DNA of 64,000 nucleotides from Sphingomonas sp. (lineage in GTDB: Bacteria > Pseudomonadota > Alphaproteobacteria > Sphingomonadales > Sphingomonadaceae): NCBI RefSeq assembly GCF_019635515.1, contig NZ_JAHBZI010000002.1, positions 39,664-103,663 of the forward strand, written 5' to 3'. Made by a program: the position numbers and the translations under genes. Each line of letters opens with the position of its first letter. Position 1 is the first letter of the stretch. The notes under the pieces were generated by a model that did not search any database, had not been told where the DNA came from, and worked only from the letters and a program-made list of their open reading frames with translations. Below, piece after piece: positions 1 through 10,413 of the stretch.

Positions 1-627
1 GAAGTTCTCCGAGTTCTGGAGCGCGCGGCCGCCCGAGACGATCACCTTGGCGGCGGTCAGTTCCGGACGCGTCGATTCGGCGATCTCCGCCGAGACGAAC
101 TTTGAAATGCCGGTGTCGGCCGCACCTGAAACCGCTTCGACCGTGCCGCTGCCGCCGCTGGTGGCGGCCTTGGCAAAGGCGGTGCCGCGCACGGTGATCA
201 CCTTCTTCTGGTCGGAGCTCTGGACGGTGGCGATGGCGTTGCCGGCATAGATCGGCCGCGTGAAGGTGTCGGCGCTCTCGACCGAGAGGATGTCCGAGAT
301 CTGCATCACGTCGAGCAAGGCGGCGACGCGCGGGGCGATATTCTTGCCGTTGCTGGTCGCGGGGAACAGCACCGCGTCATGATCGGCCATCAGGCTGACG
401 ATCAGCGGCGCGGCGTTCTCGGCGAGTGCATGGCCCAGCGAGGTGTCATCGGCGAGATGGACCTTGCCGACGCCGGCGATCTTCGCGGCTTCGTCGGCAA
501 CGGCCTTGCAGCCGCTACCCGCGACGATGAGATGGACTTCACCCAGCTGCGAAGCGGCGGTGACGACGGCGAGGGTGGCGTCCTTGACGGAGGCGTTGTC
601 GTGCTCGACCCAGACCAAAGTCTTCAT
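1..627 (-). CDS. etfA: Electron transfer flavoprotein alpha subunit (runs off the window start)
   Basis: Not in the ORF track because it has no stop in the window. Read manually from ATG at 627: [33 protein letters not shown]...[18 protein letters not shown] overlap with the etfB stop. Confidence 0.93.
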   Translation of the reverse strand, partial: MKTLVWVEHDNASVKDATLAVVTAASQLGEVHLIVAGSGCKAVADEAAKIAGVGKVHLADDTSLGHALAENAAPLIVSLMADHDAVLFPATSNGKNIAPRVAALLDVMQISDILSVESADTFTRPIYAGNAIATVQSSDQKKVITVRGTAFAKAATSGGSGTVEAVSGAADTGISKFVSAEIAESTRPELTAAKVIVSGGRALQNSENF

Positions 628-1391
628 TTCGCGACTCCCCCCCGTACAACTCCCAGAGCCTTGAGTTTCTCGACCAGCTCATCGACCGAGCCGACCTTGA
701 TGCCTGCCGAGCGCTTGGCCGGCTCGACGGTCTTGAGCGTCTTGAGACGCGGCGCGACATCGACACCGTAATCGGCGACGGTCTTCTTCGCGACCGGCTT
801 GGACTTGGCTTTCATGATGTTCGGCAGCGTCGCATAGCGCGGCTCGTTGAGGCGGAGATCGGTGGTGACGATCGCCGGTGCCTTGAGATCCACCGTTTCG
901 AGACCGCCATCGACTTCGCGGGTGACGACGACACGGTCGCCGCTCACCTCGACCTTCGAAGCGAAGGTGCCCTGCGGCCAACCGAGCAGCGCCGCAAGCA
1001 TCTGGCCGGTCTGATTCGAATCGTCGTCGATCGCCTGCTTGCCGAGGATCACCAGGCCCGGCTGCTCCTCGTCGCACACCGCCTTCAAGAGCTTGGCGAC
1101 GCCCAGCGGCTCGACCTCGTCATCGGTAGCGATCAGGGTCGCGCGGTCGGCGCCCATCGCGCGGGCGGTCAAGAGCACATCGGTCTCGGCCTTGGCCACG
1201 CCGATCGTCACGACCACCACTTCGCTGGCCGCGCCCTTTTCCTTCAGACGGATCGCCTCTTCCACCGCGATCTCGTCGAACGGGTTCATGCTCATCTTGA
1301 CGTTCGCCAGATCCACGCCCGTCCCATCCGCCTTCACACGCGGCTTCACATTGTAATCAAGCACCCGCTTGACCGGTACCAAGACCCTCAT
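624..1391 (-). CDS. etfB: Electron transfer flavoprotein beta subunit
   Basis: [44 protein letters not shown] and [10 protein letters not shown] motifs; adjacent to etfA. Confidence 0.96.
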   Translation of the reverse strand: MRVLVPVKRVLDYNVKPRVKADGTGVDLANVKMSMNPFDEIAVEEAIRLKEKGAASEVVVVTIGVAKAETDVLLTARAMGADRATLIATDDEVEPLGVAKLLKAVCDEEQPGLVILGKQAIDDDSNQTGQMLAALLGWPQGTFASKVEVSGDRVVVTREVDGGLETVDLKAPAIVTTDLRLNEPRYATLPNIMKAKSKPVAKKTVADYGVDVAPRLKTLKTVEPAKRSAGIKVGSVDELVEKLKALGVVRGGVAK

Positions 1392-1460
1392 GCCACTCTC
1401 CTATGCTTCGAACCGCTCCTGGGGAGGGAGGTTCGAGGCCGATTCCACGCAATCGCCTTA

Positions 1461-2660
1461 TCAGGCGGCCTGCTTGACCTCGGCCACAATCTTCTTCGCC
1501 GCGTCGCCGAGATCGTTTGCCGCCACGATCGGCAGGCCCGAATTGGCGAGAATATCCTTACCCTGCTGGACGTTGGTGCCTTCTAGGCGAACGACCAGCG
1601 GTACCGACAGGTTCACTTCCTTCGCCGCGGCGACGATGCCCTCGGCGATGATATCGCAGCGCATGATCCCGCCGAAGATGTTGACGAGGATGCCCTTCAC
1701 GTTCGGATCCTGGAGGATGATCTTGAACGCCGCAGTCACCTTCTCCTTGTTGGCGCCGCCGCCGACGTCGAGGAAGTTGGCCGGGAACATGCCGTTCAGT
1801 TTGATGATATCCATCGTCGCCATCGCCAGGCCGGCGCCATTGACCATGCAGCCGATATCGCCGTCGAGCTTGATGTACGCCAGGTCGTACTTCGAGGCTT
1901 CCAGCTCGGCCGGATCCTCCTCGGTCTCGTCGCGCAGCTCCATCAGATCCTTGTGGCGGAACATGGCGTTGCCGTCGAAGCCGACCTTGGCGTCGAGGAC
2001 GAGCAGGTTGCCCTGCTCGGTCAGCGCCAGCGGGTTGATCTCGATCTGCTCGGCGTCGGTCGCGAGGAACGCGGCGTAGAGCGACGAGGCGACCTTCGAC
2101 GCCTGCTTGGCGAGATCGCCTTTGAGACCCAGCGCGGCGGCGATCGAGCGGCCGTGATGCGGCATGAAGCCGGTCGCGGGATCGACCGAGAAGCTGTGGA
2201 TCTTCTCCGGGGTCGAATGCGCGACTTCTTCGATGTCCATGCCGCCTTCGGTCGAGACGACGAAGGCGATCTCGCTGCTGCCGCGATCGACGAGCAAGGC
2301 GAGGTAGAATTCCTTGGCGATGTCGGCGCCGTCGGTCACGTAGAGGCGGTTGACCTGCTTGCCGGCTTCGCCGGTCTGGATCGTCACCAGCGTGTTGCCG
2401 AGCATGTCGGTCGCGTGTGCGCGGACTTCGTCGAGCGAGAAAGCGAGGCGAACGCCGCCCTTCGCATCGGGACCGAGCTCCTTGAACTTGCCCTTGCCGC
2501 GACCACCGGCATGAATTTGCGACTTCACGACATAAAGCGGCCCAGGAAGCTGCTTCGCGGCCTCGACCGCTTCCTCGACTGTGAAGGCGGCATGACCCGC
2601 GGCGATCGGCGCGCCGTACTTGGCGAGCAATTCCTTGGCCTGATATTCGTGGATGTTCAT
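1461..2660 (-). CDS. sucC: Succinyl-CoA synthetase beta subunit
   Basis: Real start [12 protein letters not shown] at 2660 inside the 590-aa track ORF; [27 protein letters not shown] and [10 protein letters not shown] motifs. Confidence 0.96.
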   Translation of the reverse strand: MNIHEYQAKELLAKYGAPIAAGHAAFTVEEAVEAAKQLPGPLYVVKSQIHAGGRGKGKFKELGPDAKGGVRLAFSLDEVRAHATDMLGNTLVTIQTGEAGKQVNRLYVTDGADIAKEFYLALLVDRGSSEIAFVVSTEGGMDIEEVAHSTPEKIHSFSVDPATGFMPHHGRSIAAALGLKGDLAKQASKVASSLYAAFLATDAEQIEINPLALTEQGNLLVLDAKVGFDGNAMFRHKDLMELRDETEEDPAELEASKYDLAYIKLDGDIGCMVNGAGLAMATMDIIKLNGMFPANFLDVGGGANKEKVTAAFKIILQDPNVKGILVNIFGGIMRCDIIAEGIVAAAKEVNLSVPLVVRLEGTNVQQGKDILANSGLPIVAANDLGDAAKKIVAEVKQAA

Positions 2661-2774
2661 GGGGTTTGCGAGTCCTCGCGCTTTCGAAGATCGGGAATGT
2701 CGCTCGCCTAAAGCACAGCGAACAGCGCGAATCCACCCCTTGGCTCTCGCAGGTGCAGCAAGCTGCGCTATATA

Positions 2775-3281
2775 GTGAGCATGAGCGTACTCGCAGGCAT
2801 CCTGCTCTTTCTGGCGACGATCCTCGCGATGGAGGGATTCGCCTATGTCATGCACCGTTGGGTGATGCACGGGCCAGGCTGGTTCCTCCACGCCAGCCAC
2901 CACCGGCCGCGAGCGGGAAACTGGGAGCTCAACGATCTCTACGCGGTGATTTTCGCGGTGCCGTCGATCGTCCTGCTCTATGGCGGGGTCCAGCTCGGCT
3001 GGTGGCCGGGCCTCATCTGGATCGGCGCTGGAATAGCGGGCTATGGCGCGATCTATTTCGGCTTCCATGACGTCATCGTCCATCAGCGCCTGCCGCACCG
3101 CTATGTCGCGCGATCGGCCTATATGAAGCGCATCGTCCAGGCGCACCGGCTGCACCACGCGGTGGAGAGCAAGCACGGCACGGTCAGCTTCGGCTTTCTC
3201 TGGGCACCGCCTGCCGAGGTTCTGAAGCAACAACTCAAGGTGCGCGGCGGCTTAACCAGAGTTAGCATCAAGCCGGATTGA
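2775..3281 (+). CDS. crtZ: Beta-carotene hydroxylase (fatty-acid hydroxylase/sterol desaturase family)
   Basis: [35 protein letters not shown] and AHRLHH histidine boxes. Start is GTG 2775 or ATG 2781. Confidence 0.88.
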   Translation: MSMSVLAGILLFLATILAMEGFAYVMHRWVMHGPGWFLHASHHRPRAGNWELNDLYAVIFAVPSIVLLYGGVQLGWWPGLIWIGAGIAGYGAIYFGFHDVIVHQRLPHRYVARSAYMKRIVQAHRLHHAVESKHGTVSFGFLWAPPAEVLKQQLKVRGGLTRVSIKPD

Positions 3282-3305
3282 CGTAGGCTGGGTGCGGGCA
3301 CACAT
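3278..3305 (+). promoter_or_regulatory. RpoH-like promoter upstream of msrB
   Basis: TTG-N18-CACACAT ending 10 bp before the msrB ATG; resembles the alphaproteobacterial sigma32 pattern TTG-N18-CCCATAT. Confidence 0.35.
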
Positions 3306-3314
3306 GCTTGTGCC

Positions 3315-3710
3315 ATGGAGCATCTGAACCTGTCCGAATCCGAGTGGCGCCAGCGGCTCACCCCCGAACAATATCATGTGCTGCGCGAAGCCGGCACCGA
3401 GCGCGCCTTTGCCGGGCGCTTCACCGATAACAAGGCGGACGGCGTCTATCTGTGCGCCGGGTGCAAGCTGGAACTGTTCGACAGTGCCGACAAGTTCGAT
3501 TCGGGATCGGGCTGGCCGAGCTTCACCAACCCGGTCGATCCGGCAAACGTGGTCGAGCATGCCGATACCAGCCACGGGATGCGCCGCGTCGAGGTGCGCT
3601 GCGCCAAATGCGACGGGCATCAAGGGCATGTCTTCCCCGATGGCCCGCCGCCGACCGGTCTGCGCTACTGCATCAATTCGGTGAGCATGGATTTCCGTTC
3701 ACGCGATTGA
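3315..3710 (+). CDS. msrB: Peptide-methionine (R)-S-oxide reductase
   Basis: [37 protein letters not shown]-like [10 protein letters not shown] and RYCINS motifs. Confidence 0.96.
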   Translation: MEHLNLSESEWRQRLTPEQYHVLREAGTERAFAGRFTDNKADGVYLCAGCKLELFDSADKFDSGSGWPSFTNPVDPANVVEHADTSHGMRRVEVRCAKCDGHQGHVFPDGPPPTGLRYCINSVSMDFRSRD

Positions 3711-3784
3711 AACGGGCGGCGGGCTACCTCTGAGCTCTCCGCTCGCGCTTGTGGGCCGTAACATTAGGGCTTAATCCACCCGCC

Positions 3785-5950
3785 GTGGCCTCGAACCTTC
3801 CCGTCATCATCCGTAACACGCCCTGGTGGCGCGACCCCGCCAAATGGAAGCGGATCGGCTTCTGGGGCGCGATCGGCACCGCCGGCTTCGGCCTGCTCGC
3901 CTGCATCGCGATGTTGATCGCGGTGTTTTCTACGCGCTCGTCGCTGCCCAGCTTCGACGAGCTCAAATCCTCTCCCAACGGCCAGATGATCCGCGTCCAC
4001 GCCGCCGACGGCACCGTGCTGGTTTCGATGGGCCCGAGCTATGGCGAATGGATCAGCTACGATCAGATCCCGCAGGTGATGAAGGACGCGATCATCGCGG
4101 TCGAGGATCGCCGCTTCGAATCGCATTGGGGCGTCGATCTGTGGGGCCTGATGCGCGCGGTGAGCACCGGCATCGCCAATCGCGGGCAGGGCCGCCGCCT
4201 GCAGGGCGCGTCGACGCTGACCCAGCAGGTCGCGCGGACGATCTTCCTGTCGAACAAATATGATCTCGGCCGCAAGATCCGCGAAGGCGTGCTGGCGCTG
4301 GCGCTGGAGCGCAAATTCACCAAGAACGAGATCCTCGAACTCTATCTCAACAAGGTCTATTTCGGCGGCGGCGCTTATGGCATCGACGCCGCCAGCCGCA
4401 AATTCTTCGGCCATCCGGCCAATCAGCTGACGCTTGCCGAAGCCGCGGTCATCGCGGGGCTCGTCAAGGCGCCCTCGCATTATTCGCCCACCGCCGATGC
4501 CGAAGCCGCGGTCGGCCGTGCCAGCGTCGTGCTCGACGTCATGGCCGAGACCGGCAAGATCACCGCAGCGCAGGCCAAGGCAACCGATCCGCGCACCGTC
4601 AAGCTCGCACCTGAGCCCAAGCAGAACAGCGTCCGCTATTTCACCGACTGGGCGCTGCCCCAGCTCGAAGTGCTGATCGACGAGACGGACGCGCCATTGG
4701 AAGTATGGACGACGCTCGATCTCGGCATGCAACGCGCCGCCGACGACGCGATCCGCGCCAATGCCCCGGGCGGGGCGCAGGGCGCGCTGGTCAGCCTCGA
4801 CCGCGACGGTGCGGTGCGGGCGATGGTCGGCGGCAAGGATTATGTCGCCTCGATCTACAATCGCGCCACCCAGGCGACGCGCCAGCCGGGATCGGCGTTC
4901 AAGCTGTTCGTCTATCTGACCGCGCTCGAAGCCGGACACCGCCCCGACGACATGGTCGTCGACGAGCCGGTGACGATCAATGGCTGGACACCGCGCAACA
5001 GCTCGCGGCGCAACTCCGGCGAGATGACGCTGCGCAACGCCTTCGCCTATTCGATCAATACCATCGCCGCCAAGCTCGGCCAGGAATCGGGTTTCGGCGC
5101 CGTCGCCAACATGGCCCGGCGGTTCGGCATCACCACGCCGGTCGATACCCATCCGGCGATGGTGCTCGGCACTTCGGACGTCCGCCTGATCGACATGACC
5201 CGAGCCTTCGCCTCGGTCGGCAACAAGGGCGTGGCGGTGACGCCCTATGGCATCACGCGCGTCACCGCGAATGGCGCGGTAATCTATCAGCACGAGGTCG
5301 ACACCAGCAAGGTTCTGGTCGCGCCTTATGTGGCGGCGCAGATGACGGACTTGCTTCAGACCGCGGTCGCCACCGGCACTGCCAAGGCGGCGCAGATCGG
5401 CCGGCCAGTCGCTGGCAAGACCGGGACCACCAGCTCGAACAAGGACGGCTGGTTCATCGGCTTCTCCTCAGGGCTGACCACCGGCGTGTGGATGGGCCGC
5501 GACGACGCCAAGGTCGTGCCCGGCCTGCAGGGCGGCACCGCGCCGGCGCGCGCATTCTCGTCCTTCATGTCCAAGGCGGTCGCGCGCCGCCCGGTCGAGG
5601 GTTTCGAGACCCAGGTGACCCTGCCCGACTGGCAGATCGAGCCCGAGGACAACGCCTATTACGAGGCGCCCGATAACCGCCTGTTCGTCGATGAGGACGG
5701 CAATCCGCTCGAACAGCCCCCGGGCGCCGAGGGCGGCGCGCCGGAAGGCGGAAAGCTTGATCAGGACTGGCTCGACCGGATGACGGGCAATGACAAGGCC
5801 CCCCCGCCGCCGGCTCAGCCACAGCCCGCCCCAACCCGCGCCCCGCCGCCCCGTCAGCAAATCATTCCCGCCCCGTCAGGGGCACGCGAGGAACCGCCAC
5901 GCGGTGCTGCGACGGGTGGTGGCGGCGGTCAGGACCGTCCGACCCAGTGA
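3785..5950 (+). CDS. Class A penicillin-binding protein (PBP1A family transglycosylase/transpeptidase)
   Basis: EDRRF, GASTLTQQ, RKIRE, LELYLN transglycosylase motifs; SAFK, SIN and KTGT transpeptidase motifs; one N-terminal TM helix; Pro-rich tail. GTG start at 3785 is inferred. Confidence 0.92.
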   Translation: MASNLPVIIRNTPWWRDPAKWKRIGFWGAIGTAGFGLLACIAMLIAVFSTRSSLPSFDELKSSPNGQMIRVHAADGTVLVSMGPSYGEWISYDQIPQVMKDAIIAVEDRRFESHWGVDLWGLMRAVSTGIANRGQGRRLQGASTLTQQVARTIFLSNKYDLGRKIREGVLALALERKFTKNEILELYLNKVYFGGGAYGIDAASRKFFGHPANQLTLAEAAVIAGLVKAPSHYSPTADAEAAVGRASVVLDVMAETGKITAAQAKATDPRTVKLAPEPKQNSVRYFTDWALPQLEVLIDETDAPLEVWTTLDLGMQRAADDAIRANAPGGAQGALVSLDRDGAVRAMVGGKDYVASIYNRATQATRQPGSAFKLFVYLTALEAGHRPDDMVVDEPVTINGWTPRNSSRRNSGEMTLRNAFAYSINTIAAKLGQESGFGAVANMARRFGITTPVDTHPAMVLGTSDVRLIDMTRAFASVGNKGVAVTPYGITRVTANGAVIYQHEVDTSKVLVAPYVAAQMTDLLQTAVATGTAKAAQIGRPVAGKTGTTSSNKDGWFIGFSSGLTTGVWMGRDDAKVVPGLQGGTAPARAFSSFMSKAVARRPVEGFETQVTLPDWQIEPEDNAYYEAPDNRLFVDEDGNPLEQPPGAEGGAPEGGKLDQDWLDRMTGNDKAPPPPAQPQPAPTRAPPPRQQIIPAPSGAREEPPRGAATGGGGGQDRPTQ

Positions 5951-6600
5951 AGCGCCGCGCCGTGACGGCGTAGCCAGGCGCGCTGGGGGGCCGGATCGGT
6001 TTCGAACAATTGCTCGACCAGCCGGTGGAAAGCCGGCGAATGGTTCATATGCACGCGGTGCGCGACTTCGTGCGCGACGGTGGCGCGGCGCACCAGGCTC
6101 GGCGCGAGGATCAGCCGCCAGCTATAGCGGATCGCCCCCGAAAACGCGCAGCTTCCCCAGCGCCCGCGCGGATCGCCGACCCCGACCTTGGTGACGGTGA
6201 CGCCGGCGCGATCGGCATATTCGGCGGTTTCCTCGCTCAGGATTCGCAGCGCTTCGGCCCTGAACCACCGCTCGACGCGGCGCTCCAGCCCCTCGCGCGG
6301 ACCGCCGCACAGCAACCGGTCGCCATCGAGGCGGGGAATGCGCCCGGTCGTGGCCGGCCAGACGATCTCGATCTCGTCATCCTCGAGCGGCACCCGCGCG
6401 CCGGGAGCGAACGGCCGCGATTCCGGCAGCTTGGCGCGCTGGCTGGCGATCCACCCCGCCTGTTCCTCGGCCCAGGCCAGCCCTTTTCGCAGCGAAGCGC
6501 GCGCCGGCAAGGTGAGGCGCACCGCTCCCGATCGGGGATCGACCGCCAGCCGCATCCGCCGCGAGCGTGCGTTGCGGACGACTTCGACCTCCACGGTCAC
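5929..6600 (-). CDS. YgjP/SprT-like zinc metalloprotein (M48-like, DUF45 type)
   Basis: RWGSC and VAHEVAHRVHMNHSPAFH zinc motif. GTG start at 6600 overlaps the ycgN stop (GTGA). Confidence 0.85.
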   Translation of the reverse strand: MTVEVEVVRNARSRRMRLAVDPRSGAVRLTLPARASLRKGLAWAEEQAGWIASQRAKLPESRPFAPGARVPLEDDEIEIVWPATTGRIPRLDGDRLLCGGPREGLERRVERWFRAEALRILSEETAEYADRAGVTVTKVGVGDPRGRWGSCAFSGAIRYSWRLILAPSLVRRATVAHEVAHRVHMNHSPAFHRLVEQLFETDPAPQRAWLRRHGAALHWVGRS

Positions 6601-7034
6601 AATTCGCGATCCACCAGATGATGCTCGAAATCCCCGGCATCGTCCTCGCTGATCGTCCAGCCGCGGGTCGATTCGCCGGCGGCGTGGACCGCCTCGGGAT
6701 CGCCCGAGACCAGATAGTGCCAGGCAGGGAGTTGCTCGCCATTGGCGCGCAGGCGATAAGCGCAGGTGCTCGGCAGCCACTCGATGCCGTGGACGTTGCT
6801 GGCGTTGAGCCGCACGCATTCGGAGACATAGGCATGGCGATGCTTGTAATCGCTGCACCGGCCCATGCGCCGGTCGAGCAGGCGGCAGGCGACGTTGGTC
6901 GCGTGCAGCTCGCCGGTCTCCTCATCCTCGAGCTTGTGGACACAGCATTTGCCGCAGCCGTCGCACAAAGCCTCCCATTGCGCGCGGTCGAGCTTCTCCA
7001 GCGGCACATCTTCCCAGAAGCGCCCGCCGGTCAC
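6597..7034 (-). CDS. ycgN: YcgN family cysteine-cluster protein
   Basis: WEALCDGCGKCC, TNVAC, CSDY, WLPSTCAY and WHYLVSGD. GTG start at 7034 overlaps the SCO stop. Confidence 0.88.
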   Translation of the reverse strand: MTGGRFWEDVPLEKLDRAQWEALCDGCGKCCVHKLEDEETGELHATNVACRLLDRRMGRCSDYKHRHAYVSECVRLNASNVHGIEWLPSTCAYRLRANGEQLPAWHYLVSGDPEAVHAAGESTRGWTISEDDAGDFEHHLVDREL

Positions 7035-7627
7035 CGGACCCAATGCTTCACTTCATCCGCAATCGCGGCGGCATCCTTCTCCAGCGGCAACGACGTGATC
7101 GGCTTGCCCTCGCCGTCCATCAGATAGGCGATCTGGGTATGGCCGATCAGATAGCTGTCGCCGGCCGGCTCCTTGCGAAAAGCCACCGCATATTCCCTGG
7201 CCACGGCGCTGATCGCATCGAGGCTGCCGGTCAGCCCGGTGAAGCGCGGGTGGAACTGATCGACGAACTGCTTGAGCACCGGCGGCGTATCGCGTTCGGG
7301 ATCGACCGAGATGAAGATCGGCGCGACCTTGGCCGACAGCGCCGGATCGCTCTTGTCGAGCAGCTTCATCGCCTGGCCGAGCTTGAGCATGTCGGTCGGG
7401 CAGATATCGGGACAGAAGGTGTAACCGAAATAGACGATCCGCCATTTGCCGGCGAAGTCCCTGTCGCTGACGGACTTGCCGTTCTGGTCGGTCAGCTGGA
7501 ACGGCCCGCCGATCCGCGCCCCGGCCAGCGGCGGCTCCTGCGCGGGCATCGCGCCGCACGCGGACAGCGCAAGCAACGCTGCGGCTGCAACAGAGTGAAA
7601 TATCCTATTCATGGCGCCGCCAGCCAT
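7031..7627 (-). CDS. SCO1/SenC family copper chaperone (lipoprotein)
   Basis: YFGYTFCPDICP (CxxxC), FISVDPERD and the conserved His; LSAC lipobox. Start is 7627 or 7612. Confidence 0.9.
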   Translation of the reverse strand: MAGGAMNRIFHSVAAAALLALSACGAMPAQEPPLAGARIGGPFQLTDQNGKSVSDRDFAGKWRIVYFGYTFCPDICPTDMLKLGQAMKLLDKSDPALSAKVAPIFISVDPERDTPPVLKQFVDQFHPRFTGLTGSLDAISAVAREYAVAFRKEPAGDSYLIGHTQIAYLMDGEGKPITSLPLEKDAAAIADEVKHWVR

Positions 7628-7686
7628 GATCTGGTAGGAGCCGCCTTGCAAGTTTCGATGCCGGTAAAGGGTTGGGCAATTTTATC

Positions 7687-8295
7687 ATGATGGGTCGCGT
7701 GTTTGGCGCCGCAATGGCGGCAAGTTTTCTGGTGGTCGCGGTTCCGGCGGCGGCGCAGCAGATGTCGGACAGCTATGATTTCCTCGATGCCGTTCGCAAG
7801 AGCGAGGGCGGCAAGGTCGATGGCTTCCTGCGCGACAAGACCAAGCGGCTGGTCAATTCCAAGGACCGCACCACCGGCGAGGGTGCTCTGCATATCGCCG
7901 CGGCGCGGAGCGATGCGCTGTATCTGCGCGTGATCCTTCAGGACGACGACGCCAATCCAAACCTGCAGGACAAGCGCGGCAACACCGCATTGATCATCGC
8001 CGCGGGCCGCGGCTGGGAGCAGGGCGTCGAGATCCTGATCCGCTACAAGGCCAATGTGAATCTACCCAATCTCAGCGGCGAAACGCCCCTGATCCGCGCC
8101 GTGCAGGTGCATAATGTCGAAGTCGCCTCGGCCTTGCTCAAGGCCGGCGCCGATCCCGACCGGACCGACAATATCTCGGGCAAGTCGGCGCGCGATTATG
8201 CCCGCGAAGGCACGCGCTGGCCGGCGATGGTCAAGCTGCTGGCCGATGCGCCCAGGGCGAAAAGCGGGGCCGCCGCCGCCGGTCCGCGCCTCTAG
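7687..8295 (+). CDS. Exported ankyrin-repeat protein
   Basis: Signal peptide ending AAA-Q; repeats GEGALHIAA, GNTALIIAA and GETPLIRAV. Confidence 0.85.
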   Translation: MMGRVFGAAMAASFLVVAVPAAAQQMSDSYDFLDAVRKSEGGKVDGFLRDKTKRLVNSKDRTTGEGALHIAAARSDALYLRVILQDDDANPNLQDKRGNTALIIAAGRGWEQGVEILIRYKANVNLPNLSGETPLIRAVQVHNVEVASALLKAGADPDRTDNISGKSARDYAREGTRWPAMVKLLADAPRAKSGAAAAGPRL

Positions 8296-8774
8296 AAGAG
8301 CTGCTCGGCCTCCGGATCGAGCAAATTGATCACGCGCCGCGCCGCGCGCCGGGCAAAGGCAAGCGTGCATTTCTTGCGCGTGGAGGCGGCGAGCGGCACC
8401 GTTGCCGCCTCGCGCACCACTGCGGCGTCATAGCGGTCCGCGACGATGATCCCGGCGCGGGCGGGCAGGAGGCAATCCTGCTCGAACAGGCGCAGATCGA
8501 ACCCCTCGGGCACCGCCCAGAAGAACCGATCGCAATGCGCGAGATAATCGTTCCACTTGCAGTCGCCGAGCAGATCGGCGCGCGACACCTTGATCTCGAC
8601 GATGACAATGTTGCCGCGGGCGTCGATCGCCATCAGGTCGGCACGGCGTCCACCATCGAGCGGGACTTCGGCGATCGCCACGCAATCATGGGCGAGCAGC
8701 ATCCGCGTCACGCCGCGCGCGACATCGCCCGCCACCAAGGGAGCTTCAGACGTCAAAACAGCCGGGGAGGTCAT
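8292..8774 (-). CDS. mmcB: MmcB family DNA repair protein (PD-(D/E)xK nuclease-like)
   Basis: RRADLMA...VEIKVSRADLLGD.KW.DY...CDRFFWAVP; SOS box directly upstream. Confidence 0.85.
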   Translation of the reverse strand: MTSPAVLTSEAPLVAGDVARGVTRMLLAHDCVAIAEVPLDGGRRADLMAIDARGNIVIVEIKVSRADLLGDCKWNDYLAHCDRFFWAVPEGFDLRLFEQDCLLPARAGIIVADRYDAAVVREAATVPLAASTRKKCTLAFARRAARRVINLLDPEAEQLF

Positions 8775-8786
8775 CCCCGGCTGTTA

Positions 8787-8801
8787 GAACATTCTAGGAA
8801 C
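8787..8801. promoter_or_regulatory. Alphaproteobacterial LexA (SOS) box
   Basis: Exact GAAC-N7-GAAC (GAACATTCTAGGAAC) 13 bp upstream of the mmcB start. mmcB is known to be SOS-induced in Caulobacter. Confidence 0.85.
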
Positions 8802-8824
8802 GCAAGCTAGGGCCCGCGCGCGGA

Positions 8825-9460
8825 TTAGCGATAGAAGACGTGGTTGCCGATTGTGCCGACGCGCGCGCGCTTCCAGCCCGGACTCACATAACGCGCGTGG
8901 AAATAGAGCGCGTTCGATGCCGGCGAATCCCACAGATCCTTCTGCGCGACCTGTGCCACCGCCACGGCCTTGCGCCACTGGGCGTTGGCCGGCGGAGTCG
9001 GCAACTGGCCGCCACGAACGAACGAGAACTGGCCGCGCTGCTTGATCACCGAGCAGACCGAGCGCGGGAAACGGCCCGAAGTGGTGCGATTGAGAATCAC
9101 TTCGGCGACCGCGAGCTGGCCGGCAAGCGGCTCACCCTTCGACTCATAATAGACGCCAATGGCAAGGCAATTGAGCTCGCTGTCGAATTCAGCGGGCGCG
9201 TCCTGCGCTGCCACGGCTGCCGAAAGCGTCGCGAAATCATCATCTTCATCCGCTTCGGGAAGCGGCTGCACGATTTCCGCCGAGTGCGGAATCGCGGCCA
9301 CCGTCGCCTGCGGCGCGGGAACCGACTGTTGGTCCTGGAGGTTATTTACCTGACCCGGCACATCCTGAAGCAGGATCGGGTCGAGCGTGGCGGCATTTGC
9401 AATTGCGCCAGCGCAAAAAGTCACAGCCGCGATAACCGCGGCGCGTGGCAGAAACTTCAT
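8825..9460 (-). CDS. SleB/Hydrolase_2 family cell wall hydrolase
   Basis: CLAIGVYYESKGEPLAGQLAVAEVILNR, GQFSF, ALYFHA and IGNHVFY; signal peptide. Confidence 0.9.
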   Translation of the reverse strand: MKFLPRAAVIAAVTFCAGAIANAATLDPILLQDVPGQVNNLQDQQSVPAPQATVAAIPHSAEIVQPLPEADEDDDFATLSAAVAAQDAPAEFDSELNCLAIGVYYESKGEPLAGQLAVAEVILNRTTSGRFPRSVCSVIKQRGQFSFVRGGQLPTPPANAQWRKAVAVAQVAQKDLWDSPASNALYFHARYVSPGWKRARVGTIGNHVFYR

Positions 9461-9613
9461 TTTAAATCGTTATTATGCGGTTGGTGTGCGGAACGGCCTG
9501 TTCAAACTAACGACCGCCGGACTTCCCCCCGACTGCGTAACCGTTCGATCTCTCACCTCGACCGGCACAACGCGCTTCAAGTGCGTGCCCCATCTCTTCG
9601 CACCTGCACAATG

Positions 9614-9952
9614 TCAAGCCAGACCCATCGTTTCAGCGGCGAACCGTTCTGCCGACGGGATATCCAGTTCAATGACCCATAGATCGGAATCGCGCGATCG
9701 GCGCCGCTGCCAATAGTCGGTTGCGTCATGATCGTCGGTCAGCTCTGCCGGGCCTGAGGCGATCAGCGCCGGTTCCCCCCCCGCGCCGAGGCCACGTTCG
9801 AAGAATCGCGGATTCATGCCGCGCTCAATGGTTAACAGCAGGATCCCGCCGGCAGTGGCGTCGCCTTTGGCCAGCACCATCGCCGATCCGCCCGATTGCT
9901 CGGCGGCGCGAATCAACGCGCTCACCATGACGCCGCTGGCAAGCCGCGCCAT
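9614..9952 (-). CDS. DUF1491-type conserved alphaproteobacterial protein
   Basis: RLASGVMVSALIR...KGDATAG...RRRSRDSDLWVIE pattern. Confidence 0.75.
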   Translation of the reverse strand: MARLASGVMVSALIRAAEQSGGSAMVLAKGDATAGGILLLTIERGMNPRFFERGLGAGGEPALIASGPAELTDDHDATDYWQRRRSRDSDLWVIELDIPSAERFAAETMGLA

Positions 9953-10413
9953 CAGCCCGGCCGGTAACCGGGAAGGCCGGCCAGCGCGATCCGGCTGCGC
10001 ATGAACGTGCCCGTTCCGCGCGCCGCTTCCTCGCCCGACGCGTCGATCAGCCTCGCTTCTGCAACAAAAACGCGGCGCTGACCGCTGACCCAGCGACCCT
10101 CGGCCACAACCGGCCCCTCAATAAGAGGCTTGGTAAAGAGCAGATTGAACGCGGTGGTCAGCAGGAAGCGGTCGGTGACCAGGCTGTTCGCGGCGTAAAA
10201 GGCCGCATCGTCGAGCATCTTGAAATAGGCGGTGCCATGCGCCGCTCCCGCCGCATGGAAATAGCGGCTATCCACCTGGAAGCGGATACGCGCGACGCCA
10301 CCTTCGGGGATTTCGAGCACCGAATCGAACAGGCGATTGATCGGCGCGGCCGCATAGAGCGATTCGAGCGCGCGAAAATGCGCCTGCGCGCCGGTCGGAG
10401 CGGGATCAGGCAG
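9952..10413 (-). CDS. PaaI family (hotdog-fold) thioesterase
   Basis: HGTAYFKMLDDAAFYAANS motif. The frame extends 31 codons beyond the track start (10320) to a CTG at 10413, preceded by AGAGG and an in-frame TAG. Confidence 0.8.
   Translation of the reverse strand: MPDPAPTGAQAHFRALESLYAAAPINRLFDSVLEIPEGGVARIRFQVDSRYFHAAGAAHGTAYFKMLDDAAFYAANSLVTDRFLLTTAFNLLFTKPLIEGPVVAEGRWVSGQRRVFVAEARLIDASGEEAARGTGTFMRSRIALAGLPGYRPG

Noticed and set aside
1461-3233. 590-aa ORF suggesting an N-terminally extended SucC
   Set aside because: The extension is the antisense shadow of crtZ; canonical SucC begins MNIHEYQ at 2660.
5700-5950. Pro/Gly-rich CCG repeats at the PBP 3' end
   Set aside because: Low-complexity disordered tail common in alphaproteobacterial PBP1A; not a DNA repeat element.
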